NCBI GenBank assembly: GCA_964016885.1
Contig: OZ024743.1
Span: forward strand, 97,712,001 to 97,776,000
Source of the DNA: Eledone cirrhosa
Lineage: Eukaryota
Reading direction: 5' to 3'
DNA length: 64,000 nt
Each line of letters opens with the position of its first letter. The stretch's first letter is position 1. Shown here one piece after another: positions 12,327 through 25,862 of the stretch. Below the pieces are notes generated by a model. That model saw only the letters and a list, made by a program, of their open reading frames with translations, searched no databases and was not told where the DNA came from. The position numbers and the translations under genes were made by a program.

Positions 12327-14549
12327 TAAACGGAATAGAAAATGCTGACAAATTGTTCACAGTTGAAAAATGGTTTAATTAGGAATAAAAGAGTATTAGT
12401 GATTGTATGGGTTAGTATTCAGTTGTGGTTTTAAGTTTTTAAGTTTTTACCGGTTGCGGTATATATATATTCAAAGTTTCACTCCTAAAGAGTGGGACGA
12501 ACGATCAAAAACACAAAAGCATCGACCTTCCTAAACGGCCAGACTCTCTAATGTCGTGCATAAAGGAGGAAGTGTATTTTATTCAACCCAAACTGTACGT
12601 TGGATTAACCAGACCGGCGGAAAGATGCGTATGCGACAATATATAAATACGAACTTTTAGCATATATATAAATGTATCGTTTACGTCTAAGTGAAGTTCA
12701 ATATTATTTCGTCATTGAAGGTCTTACAAATCTATTCCCTAGTTACTCGCTTTTAATCTGCAGTATTAAGGCTAGTATTATTATAGTAATGCTGTACCTA
12801 CCCAGCCAAAGATGATTGCAAAATATTATAATTGATTCAGCTAATACGATCACACGATACGGTGGTTTAAATATGCATGCTCTGCCAATAAAATAAATTG
12901 AATCGAATTTTATCCAATGCAGATTAACAGAGCCAAATGTTTGACCTTTCTTTTATCAGAATTCACTTTCACTGAGTGATCAAACAGATTTATATATTTG
13001 ATGAGGAGTGAACACTTGATTATATCGACCCTCAACTCGACAAAGTTCTTATTGCAGCGAAAACCTTAACGATTAATGTCCAGCAAGGCATATTATCCGA
13101 CACTCTAACGATTCTAAAAATCCAACGAATATATTTCTTAAAGGTGAAATATATAGTTTATTTGCAAATATTGACGAACGTTAAATAGCAAACTTTATTC
13201 TGTCACCTTCTTTAAATTTTATATTTTCCATGCAATTGCTTATAAATCAATGAAATATTTGAGAAAACTTTCGTCGTGTCAGTTTGACATATACGCTTTA
13301 GCACAATGAAAACGCGCGCGTGGAAACAACTCTATTTTTTTTATTACAGGAAATCGAACAAAAATCTAGATTTAAGTTTAAATATTCTAAAGCGCTTTTG
13401 ATTTTATAGTCTAGCTCTTTATAGTGTTATGTTTCTAAATTGTAAAATACATCAATTGAGACAAATACATGTAGGTTCAAATTATACATTTAAAAATGAA
13501 TATTTTTGAAAATCATGGAAAATTTTATGGATATATTTTTGATAACTGAAGCAGCATACTTGAAGTAACATTGTCGGTGAAATTAAATTAGTGTTCCTAC
13601 TTCTCGCACACTCCTGTGTGTGTACCGGGGACACTAAAGATTCGAAGAAAGAATGTTTCGGAGATTTTCTAAATTGTAAGATTCGTAGAGTCTGGACAGA
13701 CAATAAATGTAGAGGCTTTACTCGTAAGAGTACTGCTTCTAGAGGATTTAGCAATATTCGGTGAGAGGCTCTTGGCAAACGACCAGACGGGCCGAGTAAA
13801 AGTTAAATGATGGGACAGCTTGCAAGTAAAGAGATGTACAAAGACACCCATTGCTTTGCATCCTGCAACGGCTTCTAATGTATATATAAGTCACAGTTAA
13901 CAGACCTTGGTGAGTTATTTTCGGGAATTGTTACCCATGCTATTTGCAAAGAAGGAGGAGGTGTATGTGTGAGGTATTTAATGCGACATACTTAAAAGAA
14001 TGGTATCATTTGTTTGTTTAGCTGTCTTGTGCGAGTCGTGGTGCTTCGAGATTTGCTTCGAGGTATATTTTGCGGAAGAATTTCAATCCTAGCAATATTT
14101 AACCTCTTTCAAATGTCGTGGTATATATACATCATATATCTATGTGTGACATCCAGTTGTAGAAAGAAATGGCATAAAGGACAACCATTCATAATATATA
14201 TTTAAAATAACAAATTTAAACAATTTAATTGTTCTTTATTAGCACAAAGCTACAAACAACAAATTAAAGAAAAGTTAGATCGTATGCATCGACGAATACA
14301 TGAACTTTGGACAATATGCTGGATACTTTTTTTTACTTTGGTCCCTAGCCAATAAAAAGATGAGAGAAAATATGGACATTTTGAAGTACGCATTTTCATG
14401 AAAAAGTTACGACAAAAATAATTATAATTATTTGTAAAATATGTGTTTATAAAAGAAAGGGGTTTACCTATCATCGTGTGTCGGAATAAATAGTAAGATG
14501 CTGAGTCGTTAATTCCGGGAAACACTCTTTCCCTCTCTATGTATATACA

Positions 14550-14632
<83 letters not shown>

Positions 14633-14636
14633 TTGC

Positions 14637-14671
<35 letters not shown>

Positions 14672-14744
14672 CGTGTCTATGTGTTTCTGTGTGTCTGTGT
14701 GTGCATATGTGTGCGTGTCTGTGTATGTGTAAGCAGGTAGACAG

Positions 14745-16005
14745 AGACCTAACATCAGTCCAGACGACATTTGAATGTTGCATCATATCTCTCCGACAAC
14801 ATCTACGAACCTCGAAGCGTAGGAGCCCGTTTCTCGGGCAAGTCTATCTGCATGAAACAGATAAGATCATGAGAGTTGGGAAGGAACTCCTTGAGCGATA
14901 TTCCCTGTGTGACAATCAAAAACTCACACCCAGGGATGTCGCTCAGCAGTATCGCAGTGAATCCATGGATGAAAAACTGCATGCCTCTCAGCAAAAATTC
15001 ATGCATGGATATGTTGCCAGGAAGCTCCAGAGTGAGAGTAATATAGATAAGGAAAGTAGTCTATCTTGGACCAACAACCGCTATATTGGCTCCCAATTTG
15101 AAGGATACGCTTTTGCATTCCAAGAACAGGAGATTAGCACGAAATACCTGATTCACAAAAGAGATAGGGATGCAGGCAAAACACCTAGATGTGATAACAA
15201 GTGCAGACTCTGCAGAACTAACATCGAGGATATCACCCATGTCATCAGCAGCTGCCCAAAGATGTCACGCGGTACTATCTACCTATGAGGCATGATGTAG
15301 TGGCCAAAACACTGTACAATGCAGTTCGTAAAAAAGATAGCCCCGATAATAAACACATTAAAAGCTACAACAATGTGGAAGACATCTATGTACATAATAT
15401 GAAAGAGTACTGGTGGAATGTTCCAGTAAAAACCCCAATTAGATGCAGGCATAACAGACCAGATATTATGATATGCGACAGGGAGAAGAAAACATGCACA
15501 GTAGTGGAACTTAGCTGCCTAGCAGATGCCAATATAATATCAAAGATTAGTGAAAAGGAGAATATTTATGCAGAACTGATGAGAAATCTGCAGATACTCC
15601 ACCCTGATTACACCTTCAGATTTATAACTGGGATATGTTAGTAACTGCCTCAATACAAATCTTGAGAAGCTAGGCTTCACAGGAACAGAAAGAACACAAC
15701 TAGTTAGGAAACTACAAGTACAATCCATTAATGGAACAGTAAAAATATGTAAAACATTCCAAAAATGTTGCATCTAATGACTGCATATACACATGTACAG
15801 ATACAAAGTATACACACATGCACACATACAACTCAAAACATACACATCCACACATACAATAACATCCATATCTACACATGCATGCATACATACATATCTA
15901 CCTAGTTGATGTTGTGTAAATTCCAATGAGAGAGTCTTGTGTCTATGTTAGAAACCGACTCTCTCTCTATTGGTAAAACTTTGTGAAATTATAAAACCAG
16001 AAGAA
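14745..16005 (+). mobile_element. 5'-truncated non-LTR retrotransposon with restriction-like endonuclease (R4/Dong-like)
   Basis: MHG..EGYAFAFQEQEISTK, CCHC knuckle CRLCRTNIEDITHVISSC, RHDVVAK, HNRPDIMICDREKKTCTVVELSC..K..IY (PD-D/ExK RLE). Frameshifted. The 3' UTR runs into (CATA)n. Confidence 0.85.
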
Positions 16006-16074
16006 CATACATACATACATACATATATACATACATATATATACAAACACACATACACACATACATACATACAT

Positions 16075-16657
16075 GGTGGCTGCCAACTCGTTTTCGAGTA
16101 CGGCCACTACTTTATATCCATGTAGGAGAACCCCTACCGATGGGCTGAACGAGTGACTTTTTAGTCCAGCCAGCGACTTGAAAACTGGTACAAACACTAC
16201 ACCTGTGCTGGGCCCATGGTACCATGTGACGAGAAGTGCAGAGAGATCTCCATATACAAAGCAATGCCTGTGCCGTGAAGCTTTTATAGTGAGCAAAGGC
16301 ACTGCACAAAGCCAGTCCCACTCTCTAAACCAAGATGATATTTACCAAAAAGAAGAACAAGTCAACATCATTGGATACCATCAGGGTTGCAGGTGTTATA
16401 TCAGAGTTTTCCTTCTCCTAGAATTCTGCCTTGACAAAGGCTAACGGGTCATCTCTCCTGGTGATTTTGGATGGCCATTGACTCTTAAGAGCTCCTTTGC
16501 CCGTTGACAGGTTTTGTTTTTAGTCCTGCAGGATGTCCAAAGTCACCCTCCTCACCAAGAAACCTTGGCGGGGTTGCCAGTTTAGTCGCCAATGACCCGA
16601 CCATGAGACAGGTTGTACTGGGATACATGTTACCAGTAGCACCAACTGGTGACCTGA
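16075..16657 (-). mobile_element. non-autonomous bipartite RTE-derived retroposon, longest form (~590 bp)
   Basis: Near-identical to six other copies in the window. RTE-like 5' UTR motif (TAGCCTTTGTCAAGGCAGAATTCTAGGAGAAGGAAAACTCTGAT), terminal C2H2 remnant, 3' stem-loop and (ATGT)n tail. Confidence 0.8.
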
Positions 16658-16974
16658 CAACATATATATATATATATATATACATACATATACACAAACA
16701 TACATACACATATACACAAACATACATACACATATATACAAACATATATATATGTATATATATACAAACATACATACATGCATATATACAAACATATATA
16801 TATATATATACAAACAAACATATACATACATACACACATACATACATACATATATATATACATATATATATATATATACAAACATAATACATACACACAC
16901 ACACATACACACAAACATACATACATACATATACATATATATACAAACACACATACACATATATATATATATAT

Positions 16975-17470
16975 GGTGGCCGCCAACTCGTTTTCAAGTA
17001 CGGCCACTACTTTACATCCATGTAGGAGAACCCCTACCGATGCGCTGAACGAGTGTGACTTTTTAGTCCAGCCAGCGACTTGGAATCTCTGGTACAAACA
17101 CTACACCTGTGACAATTATTGACACACAGTGCTGGGCCCATGGTACCATGTGACGACAAGTGCAGAGAGATCTCCAGATATAAAGCAATGCCTGTGCCGT
17201 GAAGCTTTTATAGTGAGCAAAGGCACTGCACAAAGCCAGTCCCACTCTCTTAACCAAGATGATATTTACCAAAAAGAAGAACAAATCAACATTATTGGAT
17301 ACCATCAGGGTTGCAGGTGTTATATCAGAGTTTTCCATCTCCTAGAATTCTGTCTTGACAAAGGCTAAGGGGTCATCTCATAGATACATACATACGTACA
17401 TACATACATATATACATACATACATACATGATGGCTGCCCCCTCGTTATCGAGTATGGCCATCGCACGAG
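16975..17470 (-). mobile_element. truncated copy of the same RTE-derived retroposon plus a second RTE 3' tail (17430-17470)
   Basis: Identity to 16075-16450. Then (CATA)n and GATGGCTGCCCCCTCGTTATCGAGTATGGCCATC. Confidence 0.8.
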
Positions 17471-17869
17471 AAAAAAAAAATAAATAAATAAACTTAAAAA
17501 AATTAAAAAATGATACATACATATATACATATACATACACATACATATACATACACATATATTAATAACAATAATAATAATAATAATGATGATTTCATTT
17601 ATTAGCCACAAGGGCCGACATGTAGGGGACAATACAAAGACAGGGACAGTGGGGGTTTACAATAAGGTCGAGTAAAAGTGCACAATGGCAAGGCTAATTT
17701 AACAATGAAGATATAAAAATATAAAATAAACTATGCATAAATATAACAAAATAAATTCCCCGATCAGGGGTGAACGACCCTGGGGTGACTCGGGTACCCA
17801 ACCAATCCTGAACCAACCTGCGCTTCTAGGGCACCCAGGGAGAGCACCCCTCTCCTCAAGTTAGCTATC

Positions 17870-20800
17870 CTATAGGCGCATGGTCAGAATAGACCCATTC
17901 ACACGAGCCATTCTCGCCACATTCACTCACCTTTTAGCAAATGCACTGAGGGGCAGCACTTCTCTCTCCACCATCACCTTCCTTTCCAGGTGAAACTTGA
18001 AGAAGTTGATGAGGGATTGGTCAAAGAGAAAAGTGTCTGTCTTCAGTCCTTTTAACCTGATCCACCATATAACCTCTTTCGCAACTGCCACCAGACAGGG
18101 GAAAATATCCTGCTCTTCCTGACCTAAGGAAGGCGGTGGATCGATCTTCACTATGGACTCGACCGATAGCCGGATTCGTTCCACACGCGACAGTAGCTGT
18201 TCGACATAACTCCACAAGTCAGTAATGCACGGACATTGGACAAGTGCGTGCAGAACGGTTTCGTCGTTCTGTTCGCATCTTGGGCAGATCCGTCTGACAG
18301 CACTTCCGTGTCTGTAGAGTTTATCCCGAACCGGTAGTGCCCCTCGGTAGCACTGCCAAGCGAGGGATTTCTGGAAATTGTGCATCGTCTCCGGCTCAAA
18401 AGTCCTCCGGTACAGACTGGTCAGTTCGACTTCGTCGAGGCCCAAAGCTTCTCCGAGTGCGTCATCGCACTTCCCACCACTAATCCTCTATAGAACTCGA
18501 GAGTAAAAGTTCCACTGATCGCATTGCCCGCTTGGTAGAGGGCAGAGAGTGCCTGGCAACATTCCAGGTGCCAGTCACCCAGTCTCGGTCTCTTCTTGAC
18601 CCAGGACTACAGCTCAGTCAAAGAAATGAGCTGCGGAAAGGCCCGTCTGATAAACGGCGACCACGCCTGTTCACCGTTGAGGCAGAATATCTGGAGATGT
18701 CGAAGTCTCAACGCATGTCTGCGCATCATTAGCCACGGCATGCCCAGCCCTCCGCGTAGAGGGTGCTGGCAGCAGGTGGACTGCCTCACCAACGGAACTT
18801 GTCCTCTCCACAAGAATTTGAAGAGGAGCCGTTCCAACTTGACGAGGCGCGGACGGGGGCAAGGCACGGCGGTCAGGCGGTAGTAGATGACGGACGCGAT
18901 GTACGCATTCTCCACCTCCGCGCGACCTTTCAGTGATAGCTTCCTCCCAGCCCATTTTTGGGTGAGACTGGCTATTCCGCTCGTTACCTCGTCCCAATTC
19001 TTTTCCACCTGGGGGTCTGGTCAAAACCAAACCCCGAGCAATTTACCGTTCCGTCCGTCCAGCGCCCCACGACGCTGTTGGACGGCATGGGCTTGCCTCT
19101 CCAGGTTCCGAGCTGCAAGCCCACCGACCTTTCCGGGTTAATTTTGGCTCCTGTCAACCTTTCATATTCCTTCAATAAGGTGCCGACCACCTCGATTTCT
19201 GAGGTGTTCGACACCATCGCGGTGATGCCGTCCGCATAAGCCGACACCGCCTTTCCACATCCCGGTTCGAGCGGGATGCCCTGCAACAGCTCCAGCTTCC
19301 GCAGTAAAGGCTCCAGAGTCAATACGTACAGAAGGGAAGAGAGAAGGCACCCTTGACGGACCGATCGGGAGAGCCGAAATGGTTCCGAGAGGTGGCCATT
19401 AACCTTGACCACCGAGCGTGTGCCGCTGTGCATTGCAGCGATCCAGCTTCTGAAGACAGGGTCGAAGCCAGCTGCTTTGAGGACAGACTCCAGATACCGA
19501 TGGTCGACCCTATCGAATGCTTTCGATTGATCTAAATTGATCAGTGCCCCACCGAAGCCAGGTTTACACCCTACCCTCTCTATGGTGTATCGCATGAGGT
19601 GGAGATTCTCGTGTATGGACCTGGCTGGGATTGCGCAAGTTTGCGCCTCGCCAACCAAATCCTCGACGAAAAGCGCCAATCTCTTTGCTAACACCTTGGC
19701 CAAAATCTTATACTCTGTGTTGAGCAGAGTTATGGGCCTGAAGTTGTCTAATGTATTCCTCTTGTTCTCGTCTTTCCTTATCAGCGTCACCACTCCCCTG
19801 CTCACAGAACTGGGAATACTCCCATTCTGCTGTCAGTTGCCGTAAAGTGCTTCGTAGAGTTCGGAGAACAAGTCTGGCATATTTACGTAAAGCTCGTAGG
19901 GCAGGCCATCCAAACCGGGTGACTTGCGCCTTATGCAGCCGACAAGGGCATCCTGAATTTCGGCTGAAGTAATCGGTCTTTCACAGCGCTCAGCGTCGAC
20001 CGTCGAGATGCGCGACAAGCCGTCAAGGTAGGGATTGAAATCCGCTACTCTCTCTGACTCGCCATTCTTCCCGAACAACCGAGCAAAGTGCTGACGAAAG
20101 GCCTCACACATCCGCTTGGAATCGCTTATCTCGTGTCCGTCTCGGTCCGCCAAAGACCGAATTGTGGTTTTATTACCACGCTGCCCCTCCGTCACGCGTG
20201 CCCATCGAACAGCTTTGGTTCCCTCGTTTCTCAGCGCACGCGCCTTAGCTCTGACAATGCAATCTTCGTGTTTCCCATTGAAGAAATGGTCTAATGCCAT
20301 TCTCGCCACTAGCATGTCAGTTGCAATGCCACTACAAATAGCCTCGTCTAACTTATCTACCAGCTCCCCCTCCCTTCTATTTTTCTCTAACGCTAGTTCT
20401 TTGCTGAACTCTATCGAAGTTACTCTAATCTCTCTTTTGAGACCCCCCCCCCCTCCATCTGTTGTTTGATGATCCCCCTGTCAACTTTTGCTTAACTAAA
20501 TTGTTGACTCGGTCCCTGTAAGCCTTACGTGCCGGAAATGACATGTTCAGCTTCCAGTAACCCGGTCCTAACCTACGCGTTTTATCTAAGTCGACCGTAC
20601 AGAACACAAATTTGTGATCTGAATAGGCGACCGTTTTAAAAAGTGGGTAGCCCACACTATTTCTATCTATTTTCCTAATGAAGATCCTGTCTTTATACGA
20701 TCTAGATGACCCCATTCGGTTGGTCCATGTCCATACTGGCACATTGGGGAAATCTAGTCGATACCTGTCAGACAGTTGGAACTGGCTGAGTAGGTGCTTG

Positions 20801-21293
20801 AGGCTTTTACACCCCCGCTCATATCGGCTACTCCCACACAATCCCAGCGTGCGTCTAAGTTGCCATTCCAGTCCCCCGCTAACAGTAAAGGGCGAGACGT
20901 ACCCAGAGAGGTCTCCAGGCGCCTAAAGAAGTCCGGTCGTCCGGCCCCTGTAGGGGCGTAGACAGCCAGCAGTCTAAAGGCACCACCTTTGCTACTGCTC
21001 ACATCCAAGACCACCAACTTACCGTCCGCATCCCGGAAGATCTACCTTACCTCGAGATCCAGTCCTTTCCTAAACAGCACTGCCACCCCACCCCCCATTC
21101 CCGGTCTGCTAACAGCTGCGAAGATCTGATAGTCGTCGAAAATGGGGGCTAGTGTGCGCGTGTCGGAAATTTTGGTCTCGCTGACGACAATCACATCCAT
21201 TTCCAGCGACCTGTGGTCGTTGAACAGGCGACCCTGCTTCCAGAGTGACACCAGGCCGTGAACATTTAAACTTCCTACTCTTAATATGGCCAT
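17870..21293 (-). pseudogene. Tx1/L1 ORF2 (APE endonuclease, reverse transcriptase, zf-RVT), several frameshifts and stops
   Basis: SLNVHGL, VSETK, VYAP, GDWN, SDHK, WKLN; KSPGLDGLPYE, NFRPITLLNTEYKILAK, DQSKAFDRVDH, VRQGC, AYADG; CPRC..ETVLHALVQC. Confidence 0.93.
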
Positions 21294-21324
21294 ATTGGTA
21301 AGCTAAGAGAGAGAGAGGGAAGGT

Positions 21325-23260
21325 TTACTTACCTCCCGGGGTCTTGTAAAGGTCTGGTGGTTCGACCTCCATGGTTGGTGGGGTTTCTTTTGGGAACCTC
21401 TTTAAAAGTCTTGATGTGGGTTTCACATTCGTGGTTCCCACGTCTTGAGGAAAACTCTCTCGAATTTCTTTGAAGGAATTGAGTAACATTCGGACCAGAA
21501 GCAAATCTTCTGGCACGCAAAATGTGCTCATTTCAAAAATCTCCCCCTCTGTTTGAATGTCCTCGCTGCGTGCTAAGTGGGCCATCAGTTTATCGTTGGC
21601 CCTTCTGACAAGCACGAAGTTTTTTACATTTTGTTGGTGTGGTTTTATTTGTTTTCGTTTTGGTGACTGTGGTGGTGATGGTTTTGGTGGTGTTGTTTCG
21701 GGTATGTCTGTGTTTGTTGTAGGTGTGGTGTCTGCAATTTCAAGTATTTGTGTATTTATTTGTACTTGTTTTTGTTTAGGTTGTTTGCGTTTCGGGGATT
21801 GTGGAGGTGGTGTCGATGTTGGTGATGATGTTATTGGGGAAGTGTTTGCGTTAGTGGTGTCTGTATTTTTTGTGTTTTGTTGGGGCTTTTGGTTTTGTGA
21901 GTTTTCTCTGTTTTTTTTGCACTTTTGGGTTTTCCTTCATCTTCGCTGCTGGAAGACAAAGGGTCTGTGGCTGTGAGTGTGTCTGTGTCTGTGTGTGCGT
22001 TTATTGTTTTGTCTATGTGAATAATTGGGGGTAGGGGGAGTGGGAGAGCTTTCCTCGTTTTCCCCTTGGATTGGTTTTGGTGTTGGTGGTGATCCGGCTG
22101 TTTTTGATATTGGTGTCCGTGTTTTTGTTGGTGTTGCTTTGGTGGTGGTGGTGGTTCAGCTTGCCGTGCTGACACTGGCGTTGGCAACCAAGGAGGTTTG
22201 CGACCCCCTGCATTTTTGTGCTGAGGGCAGAAGGCTTGCAGATGCGTTGCTTCCCCGCAGACGAAGCAGCGTGGCCTTCTTCCGTCAATGATTAGTTGGA
22301 TTGTTGTCCCGTCCTGCAGGCGGGCAAAATCCGGGATGTTGTTCATGTCCTCCGGTTTCATTTGGAGAAGAATCTCCAAATCCATTCCGGACCAGTCCTC
22401 TCTCTCTGTCCTTTTGATATTCAGGAGGGTAGTGTCTCTCCCCTCCTCGATTACGCATCACAGCAGCCACCATATGTTCATTCCTGGTGGGATGCTGGGA
22501 ATGCGTACCTTTACTGTCCTTTTACCCATGTAGGACAGATGCATGATAATGCGTTCCGTTCTGCAGGGGTCACCGAGTGCTTAATAGCGAGGGCCTTTTG
22601 AACAATACCGAGATGGTACCGAACTGTTTGCCTCTTGCTTTATACTCTATGTTACTTCCGATGTATTCCAAAGCAGCCTCGACCTCAGCTTGGCTGGCAA
22701 TTCCACTTTTCGTGTCTGCACCGAAATGCATCGAAAGTACACCATCCTCCTTTGCATGGCCGCTATTGCCTCGTCCGGGATGGTCAGGTTTGCCCAAGAC
22801 TTCTCCCGTTTAATTAGCCTCCACGCTTGGGCCAACTGTTCGTCTTTATCGTTAATATCAATATCAATATTCAATAAGCGCTTTGTTTTTGCTGCTGCTG
22901 CAGCAAATGTGGTGCTTCTGATGCTCTTGTTGTTGGTGTTGTCATTCTTGCTGTTGTTATTGGTGTTGTTGTTGTTTTGTTTGTTGATGCTGTTGCCACC
23001 GCCATCCGTGTTTACATTGAAGCTGTCGGTGTTATTGTCGTTATTGCTATGAGTTGTTGTTGTGGTGGTGGTGGTGGTGGCGGTGGTGGTGATGTCGTTT
23101 TCAGATGTTGTGATGGTAGCTTTCTAGTTTTACCTTCACATTCAGTAGAATGGATGACAGGCATGACTGTAGCCGTCGTAGTCGTGGTGAAATCTACAGT
23201 GGCTGCCTTTAAACTTTTGACCTGAACGTTGTTTACCGTTTCAAGGTCGAACATTTCCAT
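21325..23260 (-). pseudogene. Tx1/L1 ORF1 (gag-like, zinc knuckle), fragmented
   Basis: Consecutive minus-strand ORF pieces upstream of ORF2, including DGRRPRCFVCGEATHLQAFC (CX2CX4HX4C) and low-complexity T/P/Q tracts. Confidence 0.8.
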
Positions 23261-23607
23261 AATTTTTTTTTGGGGGGGGTTCGAAGTTTTTAAAAAATAA
23301 ATCTGAATATTCGGGCTTAAAGCCCGAATATTGAGAGGTATCCCACTCTTTAAATCAAGATGTGTACTTTAAGTTTCGTTAACGACAAGAAAATACAAAA
23401 AATTACACTTTAAAAGAGCTTAAAGTTACGAACCTTTTCCCCCGCAGATTTGTACTGTCTTCACACATGTGCGGCCATAATAATAATAATAATAATAACA
23501 ACAATAATAATAACGACAACAACAACAATAATAATATACATATACATATATATATATACACACACACGCACACACATAAACATATCTATACACACACACG
23601 ATAGCAA

Positions 23608-23900
23608 CTAACAGCGCTGCGATCGAATGTGGCTTTTTAGCCCAGCCAATGATCTAAAATGTCTTGCACAGAGTGCGCAACCAAAACATTCACTGGGAAT
23701 AGCCGGCTGTGGTTGGAGTTCATGTACTTTTGCATGTCGTTTCAGCCCTCCTGCTGATTTACATTCTCTACCACATGCTTGGCAAGCATGATGAGTAGCA
23801 TCTCCAACAGCAGCCTGGTAGTCAACCACTGGTCTTACTTTATGACTGCGAAGATGACTTTCGAGTCCAGCTTTGCTTAGGAAGAGTTTCGCACAGACGC
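23608..23900 (-). mobile_element. RTE-type LINE C-terminal fragment with three C2H2 zinc fingers
   Basis: [56 protein letters not shown] then stop. The last finger resembles the remnant in the non-autonomous copies. Confidence 0.7.
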
Positions 23901-23964
23901 TCATACATACATACATACATACATACATACATACATACATACATACATACATACATACATACAT

Positions 23965-24461
23965 GGTGACTGCCAACTCGTTTTCGAGTACGGCCACTAC
24001 TTTATATCCATGTAGGAGAACCCCTACCGATGCGCTGAACGAGTGTGACTTTTTAGTCCAGCCAGCTACTTGAAAACTCTGGTACAAACACTACACTTGT
24101 GACAATTATTGACACATAGTGCTGGGCCCATGGTACCATGTGATGACAAGTGCAGAGAGATCTCCAGATATAAAGCAATGCCTGTGCCGTGAAGCTTTTA
24201 TAGTGAGCAAAGGCACTGCACAAAGCCAGTCCCACTCTCTTAACCAAGATGATATTTACCAAAAAGAAGAACAAATCAACATTATTGGATACCATCAGGG
24301 TTGCAGGTGTTATATCAGAGTTTTCCTTCTCCTAGGAATTCTGCCTTGACAAAGGCTAAGGGGTCATCTCATAGATACATACATACGTACGTACATACAT
24401 ACATACATACATACATACATGATGGCTGCCCCCTCGTTATCGAGTATGGCCATCGCACGAG
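23965..24461 (-). mobile_element. truncated RTE-derived retroposon plus second RTE tail (duplicate of 16975-17470)
   Basis: Same truncation point (GGGGTCATCTC|ATAGATAC) and same adjoining tail. Confidence 0.8.
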
Positions 24462-24864
24462 AAAAAAAAAAGAAAAAAAAGAATACATATTTACATACAT
24501 ACATACATGGTACATACATACATACATACATACATACTTACATACATACATCCATACAGGAAGTCAAATTTCTCTCATACTACAATTGCTATTGTGAAAT
24601 AGATTTCAAGGGGAGTAATACCTCGCATCATTCAGTTGTTATATTGTCAGGAAGAGACAATGATAGTGAGACGGAATATTTAAATAACTTCTATTCACCT
24701 TATGCTTCATCTCTAGGTCCTTTTCTATATTACACACACACACACATATCACATATATAATATATATATATACATATATATTTATATATATATGTATGTA
24801 TATGTGTACGTGTGTGTGTGTGTATACATACATACATACATACATACATACATACATACATACA

Positions 24865-24973
<109 letters not shown>

Positions 24974-25792
24974 GTACAGATCCTCCTTCCATTCTTTAAT
25001 TCTTTCAGCACATCTTTTAGCTACCTCTATATGGAACAATGAATCTTTTTCTCGTTACTCGCATTTTCTATTATTTTCGACAGTTATGGAAATGGTTGCT
25101 GGTTTATCGATTCCTAATATGACTATCTAAAAAATACTATATTGTATTAAGATTGCTTCCAGCACGCTGTGTTTTCTCAATTAGAGATATAATTGTCAAA
25201 TTACTTTTAAAAGTCTTCATTCTTAGCACACAGCTAGCAAGTGTGTAACCTTCTTGAACAGATATCTATCTTTGAGAATTCACACAGTTCAACGTATCTT
25301 AATCTAACAATCTGTAAATTAAATAATATGAATGATGTACTTGTTTGGTTGTAAAGAATTCCACTTAAATTATTCATAAGTAACAATACACGTATTCTTT
25401 TATTGGTATCAGTTACTAGAGCGCGTCCAAGACATGATGGGCCGTAGGTGATCATACCGAGAGCAATTCTTATTTTTTTAAAGTCTGGTACTTAATTTAT
25501 CAATCACATTTTTGTAGAACCACAATGTCACAAAGTTACGAAATATAAACACAGACATAAACTCAAACATACATACAAACACACAAACACAGTGACACAC
25601 ATATATACACGCATACTCATATACACATTAACTGCATGTGTAAGTCCAGTAAACTGAATATATATGGATATATATCTATATATATTTATATATATATATA
25701 TTTGTAGTAAGGTTCCTTGGATGCGTCCATAGGTGGTATGCCAGTTGAACACTCTATGCTCCTTTGGAGCAGAGTATAATAATATGGAAAAC

Positions 25793-25862
<70 letters not shown>

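Larger units (their letters stand above)
17590..23476 (-). mobile_element. near full-length Tx1/L1-clade LINE, decayed, flanked on both sides by (TAA)n
   Basis: ORF1 with a CCHC knuckle and ORF2 with APE, RT and zinc finger. AATAAA near the 3' end is followed by (ATT)n. The 5' end GGCCGCACATGTG abuts (TAA)n. Confidence 0.93.

Noticed and set aside
16555-16657. Possible HDV-like ribozyme at the 5' end of the RTE-derived element (CCAGT...GGTCG..CGAC-TAA-ACTGG on the minus strand)
   Set aside because: P2/P4/J4-2-like pieces are visible and RTE 5' UTRs often carry such ribozymes. I could not build a convincing P1/P3/L3, so it needs a covariance-model search.
23608-24087. Host C2H2 zinc-finger gene
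   Set aside because: The fingers lack TGEKP linkers, match the RTE-derived element's terminal finger, and the ORF start is made of repeat and microsatellite sequence.
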